Made by a program: the position numbers and the translations under genes. From an uncultured Verrucomicrobiae bacterium (GTDB lineage: Bacteria > Verrucomicrobiota > Verrucomicrobiia > Opitutales > JABDGR01): 64,000 nt of DNA. How positions within the stretch are numbered: the first letter of the stretch is position 1; each line of letters begins with the position of its first letter. Below the pieces are notes generated by a model. That model ran no database searches and was not told the origin of the DNA. It was given only the letters and a program-made list of their open reading frames with translations. Below, in pieces: positions 31,647-43,131 of the stretch. The stretch spans positions 256,001-320,000 of the forward strand of contig CAVXVB010000005.1 of assembly GCA_963765205.1 (NCBI GenBank), written 5' to 3'.

Positions 31647-32444
31647 TTACGGCGGCAGATTTTTGCTCGCGCTGCGCACCAGGTTGTCCGCCAGCATGGG
31701 GTTGGTGTCCGGATCGTTGTAGTCATCGGTCAGGATTCCGGTCAGCTGGCTTTTCTTGTTGACGGGCTTCCAGATGAAATTGGCGTCCGGCTCCACGGGC
31801 AGGCAATCGGGGCCGCGGGAGACCAGGCAGGGCGTGGCCGCCTGCCAGTTTTTATCGGCCGGATCATACATGTCCTTGACCACCTTGTAGCGGTAAAGGT
31901 AGGTGTTGTCGTTGGGTTGACCATCCCACCACGGATCGCGCAGCATGGCGCCGTCCTTGATTCCACTCTCGGTGGTGGTATCTTTGTCCACGGTAAATTT
32001 ATCCAATTCGATGTAGGCGGTGCCCCAATTGTAGATTTCTCCGAACGGCAGCACACTCAGGTCGTTCATTTTTTTGGACATGGACACGGTTTCCCATTTT
32101 TCCTGGCCGTTACTTGGGTTGCTGACCCAGCGGGCGTGGCCCGATAAAGCCATCAACAGGTTTTCTTCGGCATAAGGCGAAGCGGAGCCTTGGTCATTAT
32201 CCATCGGCGGGTATTCGCCCCACTGCGCCTTGAATTCATTCAAGGCGGTCATGATGATATTCATTTCCGACGAAGCCTTGGCCATGTATTGGTTGCGAAT
32301 CACGACACCGGAAATGCTGAATGTAAGCGCCGCCAGAATGCTGATGATGACGATCACCGTGAGCAGCTCCACCAAGGTAAAGCCGGGGCGTTGATGGCGT
32401 GGGCCGGGGCGCGCGCCGGTTAGTTGGTGGGAAAATGGGGCCAT
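31647..32444 (-). CDS. Prepilin/pseudopilin-type (N-methylation domain) protein
   Basis: GFTLVELLTVIVIISILAAL, GEYPP, RDPWW, SRGPD. Confidence 0.85.
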   Translation of the reverse strand: MAPFSHQLTGARPGPRHQRPGFTLVELLTVIVIISILAALTFSISGVVIRNQYMAKASSEMNIIMTALNEFKAQWGEYPPMDNDQGSASPYAEENLLMALSGHARWVSNPSNGQEKWETVSMSKKMNDLSVLPFGEIYNWGTAYIELDKFTVDKDTTTESGIKDGAMLRDPWWDGQPNDNTYLYRYKVVKDMYDPADKNWQAATPCLVSRGPDCLPVEPDANFIWKPVNKKSQLTGILTDDYNDPDTNPMLADNLVRSASKNLPP

Positions 32445-32618
32445 GGTCGAATGAGTCATATGGGTAGGGCAGGGGGGATTAACCCTTCGCCTGAGGGTGG
32501 CCCAACAATAAGACTTTTCCGTCCCTTGTCCAGCGGCGAGCGTGGCAACCTGCGGTGGGAACCGTCTGCGGGAAATCTTTACATCCGGGCCGCAAGCGGC
32601 AATGCTTGTTGGCCAGTC

Positions 32619-33050
32619 ATGAGCACCCGCGACTTTTCCGAAGTGGTGGACCAGATCCGCAGGGAAAGCCCGCGGTTCGACAAGGGCGCGTATTTCTTTG
32701 TCAAACAGGCCCTCGACCACACCCTCAAATCCATTAAACAGGATGGCGAGGCCCGCGCCACTCCCCACGTCAGCGGGCCGGAACTGCTCAGCGGCATCCG
32801 CGAGTTCGCCCTCCAGCAATTCGGCCCCCTCGCCTACATCGTGCTTGAGCGCTGGGGCGTGCGCCACTGTGAAGACTTCGGCGACATCGTCTTTCACCTC
32901 GTCGAGTATGGCGTCCTCGGCAAAACCGACCAGGACCGGCGCGAGGATTTCACCGGCGGGTATGATTTCCGCGAGGCGTTTGTGCGCCCCTTCGAGCCGG
33001 TGCGCCCGCGCTCGCTGCCGCGCCCGCGGCTGGAGGAGGCGGCCGAATGA
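32619..33050 (+). CDS. Minf_1886-family (Verrucomicrobia/Planctomycetes-restricted) protein
   Basis: AYFFVKQALD, HVSGPELL, QFGPLA, WGV..EDFGDIVF. Confidence 0.85.
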   Translation: MSTRDFSEVVDQIRRESPRFDKGAYFFVKQALDHTLKSIKQDGEARATPHVSGPELLSGIREFALQQFGPLAYIVLERWGVRHCEDFGDIVFHLVEYGVLGKTDQDRREDFTGGYDFREAFVRPFEPVRPRSLPRPRLEEAAE

Positions 33051-34495
33051 CCCTTCTGGTGTTATTCACCGGCGTATGCATCGGCAGCATCTTCGGCTTG
33101 CTGCTCTATCTGCCCGCGCGCCGCGAGGCGGTCCAACTGGATGAAGAAAAACAGCACCTTCAGCAGGAGAAACAAATCGTGGTCGAGTTCATGCACAGCA
33201 TGGTCGAGTCCATCGGCGAAGGCCTGGGCCGGCGCGAGTTGTTCCAGCGCATCGTTCACGCCGCCGTGCTCAGCACCGGGGCCTTGAGCGCCTGCGCGTA
33301 TGAGCGTGCCCCCGACGACCAGTTGCGCGGCATCGCGGTTGAGGGCCTCTTTCCGCCCCAGCGCCCCCTGCCCGGCGAAGGCGGCACGCCGCCTCCCGCC
33401 ACCCGCGCCAAGTTTCTCGAACACGTCCTGCGCGCCGAGAACTACGCCCTTGGCGAGGGCCTCATCGGCTCCGTCGCCAAAAGCGGCCACGCCGTCCTCA
33501 TCGCCGACGCCCAGCGCGACCCCCGCGTCATCGTCCACGCCGACCCGTCCCTGGTCGTGCGCTCCCTCATCATCGCCCCGATCCTGTTTCGGCGCGAGGT
33601 GCTCGGCGTGCTCGCCGTGGCCAACCCGGCCGACGAGCGCCCCTTCACCGACCTCGATCTTTCCCTCGTCCAGTCGCTGGCCGAGCAGGCGGCGCTGGCC
33701 CTCCACAATGTCGAGTTGATGCGCATGCAGATCGAGAAGTCCCGCATTGATTTCGACCTCGCCGTGGCCAGCAGCGTGCAGGGCCTGCTGTTACCGCGCA
33801 GTTTTCCCGAAAACGCCGCGTTGCAAATGGACGCCCTCTACCGCCCCGCGCAACAGGTCGGCGGCGATTTTTACGACGTGTTCCCCCTCCCCGGCCAGCG
33901 CGTGGGCGTGGCGGTGGCCGACGTGTCCGGCAAAGGCGTCCCTGCGTCGCTGCTTATGGCCATCTGCCAGACGAACCTGCGGCACTACGCACGCCTCCAC
34001 GATTCGCCCGCCGAGGTACTCCGCCGCGTCAACCGCGAAATGATGGGCGAAGTCCCGGAGAGAATGTATATCACGATGGTCTACGCCATCATTGACACGG
34101 AAAAGGACGAAATATCCCTGGCCCGCTCCGGCCACGAACTGCCCCTGCTTCTGCATCGCGAGTCCGCCACCGGCCACCTCAGCGTCGAAGCTGTCGGCTC
34201 CGAGGGCATGGCGGTCGGCATGGTCTCCCCGGAGATTTTCGACCTCGTCATTACCGACAAAACGGTCCCTTTCCACACTGGCGATGTTTTCGTGCTCTAC
34301 ACCGACGGTGTCACCGAGGCCCTCAGCGCTGAAGGCGCGGAGTATTCGACCGCCCGTCTGGCCGACGCGCTCAAGTATCTCCACCAGCATTCCCCCGCCG
34401 AGATGAACCAGGGCATCCTCGCCAGCGTCGAGAGCTTCGCCGGCGCCGGCACCCCCCGCGACGATATCACCCTCGTCACCGTGCGGCATACCTGA
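33047..34495 (+). CDS. GAF plus SpoIIE/PP2C phosphatase (RsbU-like)
   Basis: VGGDFYD, ADVSGKGVPA, LYTDGVTEA, DDITL. Confidence 0.93.
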   Translation: MTLLVLFTGVCIGSIFGLLLYLPARREAVQLDEEKQHLQQEKQIVVEFMHSMVESIGEGLGRRELFQRIVHAAVLSTGALSACAYERAPDDQLRGIAVEGLFPPQRPLPGEGGTPPPATRAKFLEHVLRAENYALGEGLIGSVAKSGHAVLIADAQRDPRVIVHADPSLVVRSLIIAPILFRREVLGVLAVANPADERPFTDLDLSLVQSLAEQAALALHNVELMRMQIEKSRIDFDLAVASSVQGLLLPRSFPENAALQMDALYRPAQQVGGDFYDVFPLPGQRVGVAVADVSGKGVPASLLMAICQTNLRHYARLHDSPAEVLRRVNREMMGEVPERMYITMVYAIIDTEKDEISLARSGHELPLLLHRESATGHLSVEAVGSEGMAVGMVSPEIFDLVITDKTVPFHTGDVFVLYTDGVTEALSAEGAEYSTARLADALKYLHQHSPAEMNQGILASVESFAGAGTPRDDITLVTVRHT

Positions 34496-34565
34496 ATGGG
34501 CGCGAATTTTGCTACATTTCTTTTAGTTTGTCTCCCCACAATTCTCCGGCAACTTTCCTTGGGTC

Positions 34566-35798
34566 ATGAAACGTCCACGCAAAGTCGGCATCCTGACGGC
34601 GGGCGGCCTGGCGCCGTGCCTGTCCTCCGCCATCGGCGGCTTGATCCAGCGTTACACGCACGTTGCGCCCGACGTGGACATCATTTGCTACGTCGGCGGC
34701 TACAAGGGCGTGCTCGAGGGCAAGAGTTGGCCCGTGACGCCCAAGGTGCGCGATGGCGCACACATCCTGCACATGTTCGGCGGCAGCCCCATCGGCAACA
34801 GCCGCGTCAAACTCACCAACATCAAGGATTGCGTGAAGCGCGGCCTCGTCCAACCCGGCCAGGACCCGCAGAAGGTCGCCGCCGAGCAGCTCGTCAAGGA
34901 CGGCGTGGAGGTGCTGCACACCATCGGCGGGGACGACACGAACACCGCCGCCGCCGACCTGTCCGCCTTCCTCGCCAAAAATGGCTACAACCTCACCGTC
35001 ATCGGCCTGCCGAAGACGGTGGACAACGACGTTTACCCGATCAAGCAAAGCTTGGGCGCGTCCACCGCCGCGGAAAATGGCGCGCTGTTTTTCGACCACG
35101 TCGTCGCCGAGCATGGCGCCAACCCGCGCATGTTGATCGTCCACGAAGTGATGGGGCGCGGCTGCGGCTGGCTCACCGCCGCGACGGCCCGCGACTACCG
35201 CGCGCGCCTCGACACCAAGCAATTTCTGCCTGAACTCGGCCTTTCGCGCGCCGTACATGAAGTCCACGGCGTGTATATCCCCGAGCTGCAATTCGACATC
35301 GCCGCCGAAGCCGCGCGCCTGCGCCACTTGATGGACACGCAGAATTGCGTGAACCTCTTCGTCTCCGAGGGCGCGGGCGTCGCCAGCATTGTCAAGGAGA
35401 TGGAAGCGAAGGGCGAAGCGGTGCCGCGCGACGCCTTCGGGCACGTCAAGCTCGACGCCGTCAACCCCGGCGCGTGGTTCGGCAAGCAATTTGGGGTGAT
35501 GCTCGGGGCGGAGAAAACGCTTGTGCAAAAAAGCGGTTATTTCGCGCGCGCCTCGGCGGCCAACTCCGAGGACCTCGCGCTCATCAAAGCCTGCGCGGAC
35601 CTTGCGGTGCAGTGCGCGCTGGACGGTGTCTCGGGCGTGGTCGGCCAGGACGAGGACCGCGGCGGCGAATTGCGCGCCATCGAATTCAGCCGCATCAAAG
35701 GCGGCAAGCCCTTCGATGTCACCCTGCCGTGGTTTGGCGAGATGCTGGCAAAATTGGGCCAGCCGCTGGGCGTGTCGACCGTCGCTGTCGGCCATTAA
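34566..35798 (+). CDS. pfp: Pyrophosphate-dependent phosphofructokinase
   Basis: TAGGLAPC, TIGGDDT, PKTVDND, EVMGR, KSGYFAR. Confidence 0.93.
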   Translation: MKRPRKVGILTAGGLAPCLSSAIGGLIQRYTHVAPDVDIICYVGGYKGVLEGKSWPVTPKVRDGAHILHMFGGSPIGNSRVKLTNIKDCVKRGLVQPGQDPQKVAAEQLVKDGVEVLHTIGGDDTNTAAADLSAFLAKNGYNLTVIGLPKTVDNDVYPIKQSLGASTAAENGALFFDHVVAEHGANPRMLIVHEVMGRGCGWLTAATARDYRARLDTKQFLPELGLSRAVHEVHGVYIPELQFDIAAEAARLRHLMDTQNCVNLFVSEGAGVASIVKEMEAKGEAVPRDAFGHVKLDAVNPGAWFGKQFGVMLGAEKTLVQKSGYFARASAANSEDLALIKACADLAVQCALDGVSGVVGQDEDRGGELRAIEFSRIKGGKPFDVTLPWFGEMLAKLGQPLGVSTVAVGH

Positions 35799-35805
35799 GT
35801 GATCT

Positions 35806-36870
35806 TTAGAATTGTCTTCGCAATTCCTCGACCCACCGCCGATGCGGGCCGGAGAGGGTGAGGCGGGCGAGGCGCGCGGGCGTGGCCCACAGCAACCCGG
35901 CCGATGGGTCTTTTGCCGGGTCGGCGGCCTCCGGCGACAGCGTGGCGCGGTGGATGCTTTCGATAAAGAGTTGGTTGACGATGGTGCGGCGTTTCACCGC
36001 CAGCGGCTTTTTCTCGATTTTCGCCGCGGGCACGGCTGCGGCTTCCGGCAGCTCGCACATTTCCGCCAGACGGCGCGCGGTGGCTGGCCGGCGGTGCAGC
36101 AGCAGTGCGCCATCGCGCTCCACCCAGAGGCGGATCACTTCCGTCCGCGTCGTTTTCTTCGCGGCGAAGCGCGGCAAATCTTCCGCCTCGCCGCGCGCAG
36201 CGGCCACGCACCCCGTCACCAGTGGGCAGACCGTGCAAAGCGGATTGCGCCGGGTGCAGACCGTCGCGCCGAGTTCCATCATCGCCTGGTTGTGGTCGCC
36301 GGGGTTGGCGGCGTCGAGCAGCGCATCGGCGGCGGGGGTGAAGAATTTCACGGCATCCGAGCCGTCCTTGAATTGCCGGCGTTCGCCCAGCAGGCGCGCG
36401 AGCACGCGCACGACGTTGCCGTCCACCACCGCGGCGGGCGCGCCGAAGGCGATGCTCGATATCGCCGCCGCCGTGTAAGGCCCGACGCCCGGCAGTTCGC
36501 GCCACGCCTCCGGCGTGCGCGGCGGCGTGGGCAAGCGCACAAATTCGCGCGCCAGCACATGCAGCAGCCGGGCGCGGCGGTAATATCCCAGCCCCTCCCA
36601 GAGTTTCACCACCTCGGCTTCGCGCGCGGCGGCGAGCACGGCGAAATCGGGAAATTTTTTCAGCCAGCGGTCGAAGTAAGGCAGCACCGTCTCGACCTGC
36701 GTCTGCTGCAGCATGAATTCCGAGACGACGGTTTTGTAAAGGCTTGGCGCCTCGCGCCAGGGCAGGCGGCGGCGGTGCGCGCGATACCACGCCGCCAAAG
36801 CCGCGCGCCGCATGGGCGCGTCGGCGGGCGGCCCGCGCTGCGGGGTTGTGTTTGGCGGCGCTTTCGGCAT
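35806..36870 (-). CDS. mutY: A/G-specific adenine glycosylase
   Basis: SEFMLQQTQV, WEGLGYY, LPGVGPYTA, VDGNV, FeS Cys cluster; start uncertain. Confidence 0.93.
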   Translation of the reverse strand: MPKAPPNTTPQRGPPADAPMRRAALAAWYRAHRRRLPWREAPSLYKTVVSEFMLQQTQVETVLPYFDRWLKKFPDFAVLAAAREAEVVKLWEGLGYYRRARLLHVLAREFVRLPTPPRTPEAWRELPGVGPYTAAAISSIAFGAPAAVVDGNVVRVLARLLGERRQFKDGSDAVKFFTPAADALLDAANPGDHNQAMMELGATVCTRRNPLCTVCPLVTGCVAAARGEAEDLPRFAAKKTTRTEVIRLWVERDGALLLHRRPATARRLAEMCELPEAAAVPAAKIEKKPLAVKRRTIVNQLFIESIHRATLSPEAADPAKDPSAGLLWATPARLARLTLSGPHRRWVEELRRQF

Positions 36871-36880
36871 TACTGGGAAA

Positions 36881-37888
36881 ATGTTTACAAGGCAAAAGCC
36901 CGCCGACGGCGACGACAAAAAAACGCGCCGCACCTCCTACACCATCACCCTCACCCCGGAGCAGATGGACAAACTCAAGGCCTGGTGTGATCACCGCATG
37001 TGGTCGTTCTTCCAGGTCGAGCACGCGCGTTTCGCCTTCGCAGGCGATAACGTCAACGTCGTCTGCTACAATTCCGGCAAGTGCGTCATCGCCGGCAAGA
37101 AGACGGAGGACTTCGTCACCTACGTGCTCGAAAATGAAATCACCGGCGACCCGCGTCTGGGCTACGATGAGGTGCATCATCCCGACTGGTTCGAGCCGCA
37201 TGCCGGCCTCGACGAAAGCGGCAAGGGCGATTTGTTCGGGCCGCTGGTCTCGGCCTGCGTCTCCGTCTCGAACGGCGAAGTGGCGCGCGCGTGGATGGAC
37301 GCGGGCGTCAAGGACAGCAAGGCCATCTCCTCCGACGCCGTCGTGCTGCGCCTCGATAAGATGATCCGCGGGACGCGCGGCGTGGCCGTCCAGACCGTCG
37401 TCCCCGGGATGCGCAAATACAACGAGCTTTACCTGAAGTTTGGTTCCAACCTCAACAAGCTCCTCGCGTGGTATCATGCCCGCGCGCTCGAGGCCGCGCT
37501 GCGCGAGCAGCCCGTGCCGTGGGCCCTTCTCGACCAGTTCACCAAGCAGCCGCTTGTCCAGCGCAGTCTGCGAGATACGCCCAAAAATTTCAATCTGCTG
37601 ATGAGAACCAAGGCCGAGTCGGACCCCGTGGTCGCGGCGGCCTCCATCGTCGCGCGTGCGGAATTTGTGCGCCAGATGCATTCGCTTTCCGAAATGGCCG
37701 GCGAGGAACTGCGCAAGGGCGCGAGCGCCGAAGTCAAGGCGCAGGCCAAACGCCTTATTCAAAAATTTGGCCCCGACGCGCTCGGCGATTTCGCCAAGCT
37801 CCATTTCCGCACCGCGTATGAAGCCCTTGGCCTGCCGGTGCCGGAGAAAAAGGTGTGGGTGCGCCGGGGCAGTCCGCCAGCCGCCTGA
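36881..37888 (+). CDS. rnhC: Ribonuclease HIII
   Basis: N-terminal TBP-like region (YNSGKCVIAGK), DESGKGDLFGPLV, VAAASIVAR, AKLHFRT. Confidence 0.93.
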   Translation: MFTRQKPADGDDKKTRRTSYTITLTPEQMDKLKAWCDHRMWSFFQVEHARFAFAGDNVNVVCYNSGKCVIAGKKTEDFVTYVLENEITGDPRLGYDEVHHPDWFEPHAGLDESGKGDLFGPLVSACVSVSNGEVARAWMDAGVKDSKAISSDAVVLRLDKMIRGTRGVAVQTVVPGMRKYNELYLKFGSNLNKLLAWYHARALEAALREQPVPWALLDQFTKQPLVQRSLRDTPKNFNLLMRTKAESDPVVAAASIVARAEFVRQMHSLSEMAGEELRKGASAEVKAQAKRLIQKFGPDALGDFAKLHFRTAYEALGLPVPEKKVWVRRGSPPAA

Positions 37889-37905
37889 CGAAGGAGGAAC
37901 CCGCC

Positions 37906-38865
37906 ATGCGCAAGGCTTTCATTCGTTTTTTGACCATGGCCGCGCTCGCGGGCGGCCTTGCGGGTTGCGCGACTTCCCCGGCGGACATTTCGCGCTGGGC
38001 CGCGCTGGGCGGCTACGATGCCGTCGCGCGCATTCGCCCCGAGTTACACTCGCCCCAGCCGGCCGTGCGCCAGGCCGCCATCGCCGCGCTCCTGAAAATG
38101 CCCGACGACCCCGACGCCTTGGCCGCGCTAACCTCGGCCACCGTCTGGCCCGACCCGTCCGTGCGCGGCGACGTGGGCGCGGCGCTTTTGTTCAACCCCA
38201 ACGAAGACCTCGACTTTTATTCCATCACCCTCGTCGCCGACCCGGACCCCGCCGTGCGGCGGCAAATCGCGCAGGGCCTCGCCGCCGTGGGCCGTGCCGG
38301 GCCGCTGCGCAACACGCAGCGCGCCGGCGTCTATCTCTGGGGCCTGACCCAGGATCGCGACCCCGAGGTGCGCGCCGCCGCCGCCGAGGGCGTGGGCAGT
38401 TTGGGGTTGAACGACCCGATTGACTTTGCGCTCAACGCCCTGCGCCACGACCCGGAGCCGCGCGTGCGCGCCGCCGCCGCGCGCGGGCTGGGCACGCTCG
38501 CGCGGGCCTATCTTGCCGGCCGAAGTGGGAAGGAAGTAACAGTCGCCAATCCTCCGTCGGCGGATCACGCGCCTTCGCCGACGGAAGCACGCGGCGAGGA
38601 AATTGTCGCGGCGCTTTGCCAGACGGCGCGCGAAGATAAGGGCAAATACAGCGAGGTGAACGCTGAACAAGAACTGTTCTGGACTCGGCGTGTCGAAGTC
38701 ACCCACTGGGTTGCGGCGACGGCGGCGGACGCGCTCTCCGCGCCGGGCGTCCCGCCCCGGGCCGACGTGGCCGCGGCCCTCATGGCCGCCCGTTCGTTGG
38801 GCACGCCTATGCCGCTGCCCGCGCACCTACGCCTCAATCCATTGCATCATCCGGGGCCACTATGA
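37906..38865 (+). CDS. HEAT-repeat lipoprotein
   Basis: AAGGAGG SD, lipobox LAGC, repeated DPxVRxxAA. Confidence 0.75.
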   Translation: MRKAFIRFLTMAALAGGLAGCATSPADISRWAALGGYDAVARIRPELHSPQPAVRQAAIAALLKMPDDPDALAALTSATVWPDPSVRGDVGAALLFNPNEDLDFYSITLVADPDPAVRRQIAQGLAAVGRAGPLRNTQRAGVYLWGLTQDRDPEVRAAAAEGVGSLGLNDPIDFALNALRHDPEPRVRAAAARGLGTLARAYLAGRSGKEVTVANPPSADHAPSPTEARGEEIVAALCQTAREDKGKYSEVNAEQELFWTRRVEVTHWVAATAADALSAPGVPPRADVAAALMAARSLGTPMPLPAHLRLNPLHHPGPL

Positions 38866-39623
38866 GCCTTTTGCGATACGACCGCCGCGCGGTGAACGGC
38901 CATTCCGGCTTGGTCGGAGTGGACGAGGCTGGGCGCGGCGCGCTCGCCGGCCCGGTGGTCGCGGCGGCGGTCTGGATTGAAGCGGCGTTTTATGGCGATG
39001 CGCGCCGCTGTCGGGAAGGGCGGGGCATCAACGACTCCAAACAACTCACTGCGGAGGAACGCGCGGAATTTTTTGTTGTGATCGAAAGATGGCGCGCTGA
39101 TGGCGTGGCGCGGGTCGCCGTCGCGGCGGCGGATGTGGCAGAAATCGCCGTGCATAACATCCTCGGCGCAACCCGTCTGGCCATGGACCGCTGCCTGCGC
39201 GAACTGCACGCCGGCGGCGGCGGCCTGCCCACGGCGGACGACGGCCACATGCCGCTCTTTGCGGTGCAAGAGGAGGCATCCGCCGCGCCCGCCCACCCGC
39301 GCGTCCTCATTGACGGCCGGCATTTGCGCCCTTTTTTCTGGAAGCATGAAGGGCTGGTGGACGGCGACGCGAAGTGCTTCGCCATTGCGGCGGCCTCGAT
39401 TATCGCCAAGGTCACGCGCGACCGCCAGATGCAGGCGCTCGACGGCGCCTGCCCCGGCTACGGCCTCGCCAAGCATAAAGGCTACGGCACCCCGGAGCAT
39501 TGGGACGCCCTGCGCCGCCTCGGCCCCACCACGCACCACCGCGCCCTCTTCCTGCGCAAAATGAATCCGGAAAATTCGCCACAGGATGAGCAAGTGGAGT
39601 GGAATTTCGCCGAAACGACGTGA
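38862..39623 (+). CDS. rnhB: Ribonuclease HII
   Basis: GVDEAGRGALAGPV, DSKQL, IAAASIIAKVTRD, HKGYGT. Confidence 0.95.
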   Translation: MSLLRYDRRAVNGHSGLVGVDEAGRGALAGPVVAAAVWIEAAFYGDARRCREGRGINDSKQLTAEERAEFFVVIERWRADGVARVAVAAADVAEIAVHNILGATRLAMDRCLRELHAGGGGLPTADDGHMPLFAVQEEASAAPAHPRVLIDGRHLRPFFWKHEGLVDGDAKCFAIAAASIIAKVTRDRQMQALDGACPGYGLAKHKGYGTPEHWDALRRLGPTTHHRALFLRKMNPENSPQDEQVEWNFAETT

Positions 39624-39662
39624 GTGTTGTGAAGCGAGAATTATGCATTGCCCAAACGGGAG

Positions 39663-39691
39663 AACCACGGATGACACAGATAGGCACGGAT
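39663..39691. repeat. CACGGAT-type 9-10-mer array (left arm) at the edge of the AT-rich islet
   Basis: AACCACGGAT GACACAGAT AGGCACGGAT; an opposite-type arm ATCCGTGCAATCCGTAGTT lies at about 45140. Confidence 0.65.
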
Positions 39692-39742
39692 GATGTATAA
39701 GATGTAATGGCCAACGCACCCCCTTGTTGATCCTCCCAAGTC

Positions 39743-40051
39743 TTAATGCCCGTGAGGAAATAACCAAGCCAAAATTGCAACAATAAGTCCAGCCGCAACG
39801 AGTCCAAACGTGAAAATTTCTATCCAACGAGGCTTTTTAAGCTCAGAAAGCTTTTTATCTATATCAATTTGTTGACGAATCGCAATTTCCTTTTGGAGAA
39901 AGGCGCGCTCCTCGGAATTTATAAAGAAATGGTCTGTGGCATCCCACATTTGAGCAATAGTAGCTGTTTTTGCCCATTTTTTCAATTCACTCCAACCGTG
40001 GCTCATTAAGCCTACCAGCCATTCCGGCGCATTTTGATTAAGATTGGACAT
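39743..40051 (-). CDS. Small hypothetical protein with a C-terminal TM helix
   Basis: AT-rich ORF ending IEIFTFGLVAAGLIVAILAWLF. Confidence 0.55.
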   Translation of the reverse strand: MSNLNQNAPEWLVGLMSHGWSELKKWAKTATIAQMWDATDHFFINSEERAFLQKEIAIRQQIDIDKKLSELKKPRWIEIFTFGLVAAGLIVAILAWLFPHGH

Positions 40052-40124
40052 AGAAGTATTGGGCGGCTTTGTGTTTCTTGGTAGCATATAATCAAAATAA
40101 AGCAAGCGGCGTTCCAGCGACTCA

Positions 40125-40869
40125 CTAATTTTTCCAGCCGTATGCATTATCGATATCCGCTTTTGCGGTAGTGCCCTGCGCAGCAAATATTCCTAAGCTC
40201 GCAAAAAACACTGCCGAGTTTCTTGGCCCAAGTGTCGCAGACAAACTCTGTTTGCCGGTGGAAGAATCAAGCATATAGCAGCGGAAGATACGGTCGGTTC
40301 CATCAGGCCGTTGGAACCATAGATCAACACTAGATATAGAATAATCTGAACCATTGTAAATATGAATGAATATCGTTTGCCCATCTCCCGATGGCACAGA
40401 ATTCCAATTATCCAACTTAATTTTCGCAATTTGGTCGGCAGGTAATTGGGCAGGGTTGTTATTGAGTCCACTAAATGTTGGCTGTGAAATTGCTGCATCC
40501 AACTGGACGGCAGGAATAGAATCCCAAATGGCGGTGCTGTTCCAAGTCATCACGATATAGCCTAAACATAACACGCCTAAAGATAATCCAAGTATCCTCC
40601 AAAACTTTCCAATTGTTATGCGTGAATTTTTTTCGTTTTTGATTTCCAACAATAGCCAAGATTCCCAGCGAGCCAATGACGAGGATATTATAAAAGGATA
40701 CAACATCAAAGTATTGGTCAACATAATAGCGAGGGATGCTTTTCAAATAGGTAACCTCCGCAAACCCCGCCGCTATTGCGAGTATCATCACAATTGATGG
40801 AGCGAGTGCCAACCAACGCCATCCTCTTTTCCATGCGGCGATAATCAAGATGATTTCGATGAGGGTCAT
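40125..40869 (-). CDS. Hypothetical membrane protein, split at an A7 run (40627-40633)
   Basis: ORFs 40471-40869 and 40125-40724 join if one A is removed (NQKRK-NSRITIGKFW). Confidence 0.55.
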
Positions 40870-40905
40870 TGGTCGAAGAGATCGAAATTATTTTTGAATT
40901 CCAAC

Positions 40906-41136
40906 TTATATGCCCGCTCCCGCTCTAAGATTTCCCGGCCAATCGCACAGGGTGCCCGCCCGGCGTTCGGCTTCGGCCTCGGCAAAAAGAAAGTCTAGCT
41001 TCCCCGCTGCCGCGTCACGATTCATCTGCTGGGTCCACCCTTCCTGGTCACGCGCCGCGACCCAGGTGGCCAACCGGGAAAAATCCGTCGGTGCCAACCG
41101 CTCAATGGCTTGTTCAATCTCTTCGACTGTTGCCAT
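40906..41136 (-). CDS. Orphan putative antitoxin, paralogue of 3598-3825
   Basis: MATVEEIEQAIERL...WTQQMNRDAAAGKLD; upstream TTGCAG-N17-TAGGTT. Confidence 0.7.
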   Translation of the reverse strand: MATVEEIEQAIERLAPTDFSRLATWVAARDQEGWTQQMNRDAAAGKLDFLFAEAEAERRAGTLCDWPGNLRAGAGI

Positions 41137-41228
41137 GATCGAAACCTAGCAAAAGTCCTGCTCCGCTGCAAGCTCAGGTTGCAACGGGGAAAATTATTAT
41201 ACGTCTTTGTTGGCAATGGCTCAATTGC

Positions 41229-41709
41229 CTACACCTTGTTGCTGGTAATGCGTTTTAATGACTTTTCAAAGCGATACTGCTCAAGTAAGTGCATGTTCTC
41301 GTCGGAAAAATTTAGCCCCCATTCTGGCGGCGATTTCTTTCCTCGATAATTGTAATCTTTAAATAACGCATTGGGTTTCCTCCATGCGCTCACTGGAATG
41401 AGATAGTAGTCGCCTTCTTCTCTTTTCTCATCCAAAAAGAGGCCAAGAAATAGAACCCGCTTTTCCTTCATTGGGAATTTTGTTTTGGGAATGAAAAAGT
41501 AGCTTCTTTGACGGCGACCTTTAACCTGAATCTCAAGATAACGACGTTCGAGAAAAACGCACGACGAAATCAAGGCCCTTGTCATCGACATCAGGAATAT
41601 AAATATCAGCGCCAAGTCTCACAAATTCGAGTCGGGCCAAATACTCGACATATATGCCAAATCGATGGGGCGTAAGCTTGGGCCAAGACGGCTTTTTCTT
41701 TGTCGGCAT
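41229..41709 (-). CDS. PD-(D/E)xK nuclease-like (DUF4365-like) protein, frameshift near 41555
   Basis: YIPDVDDKGLDFVVR, then another frame YLEIQVKG. Confidence 0.6.
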
Positions 41710-41751
41710 GAGTCAGCCTTGTTTCATTTTAAACCCAAAAGAGTGAATCGC

Positions 41752-43059
<1,308 letters not shown>

Positions 43060-43131
43060 AAACGGGGGTGGGCGGGAAAGTAGCGGGCCGCATCGCGCGG
43101 GTCAACCCCGCAACAGTATGGTTGGCGGGAT

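Noticed and set aside
35795..37804. Long antisense or alternative-frame ORFs (also 11603-12862, 41665-42909, 25758-26939)
   Set aside because: Shadow ORFs of GC-rich genes with no recognisable motifs
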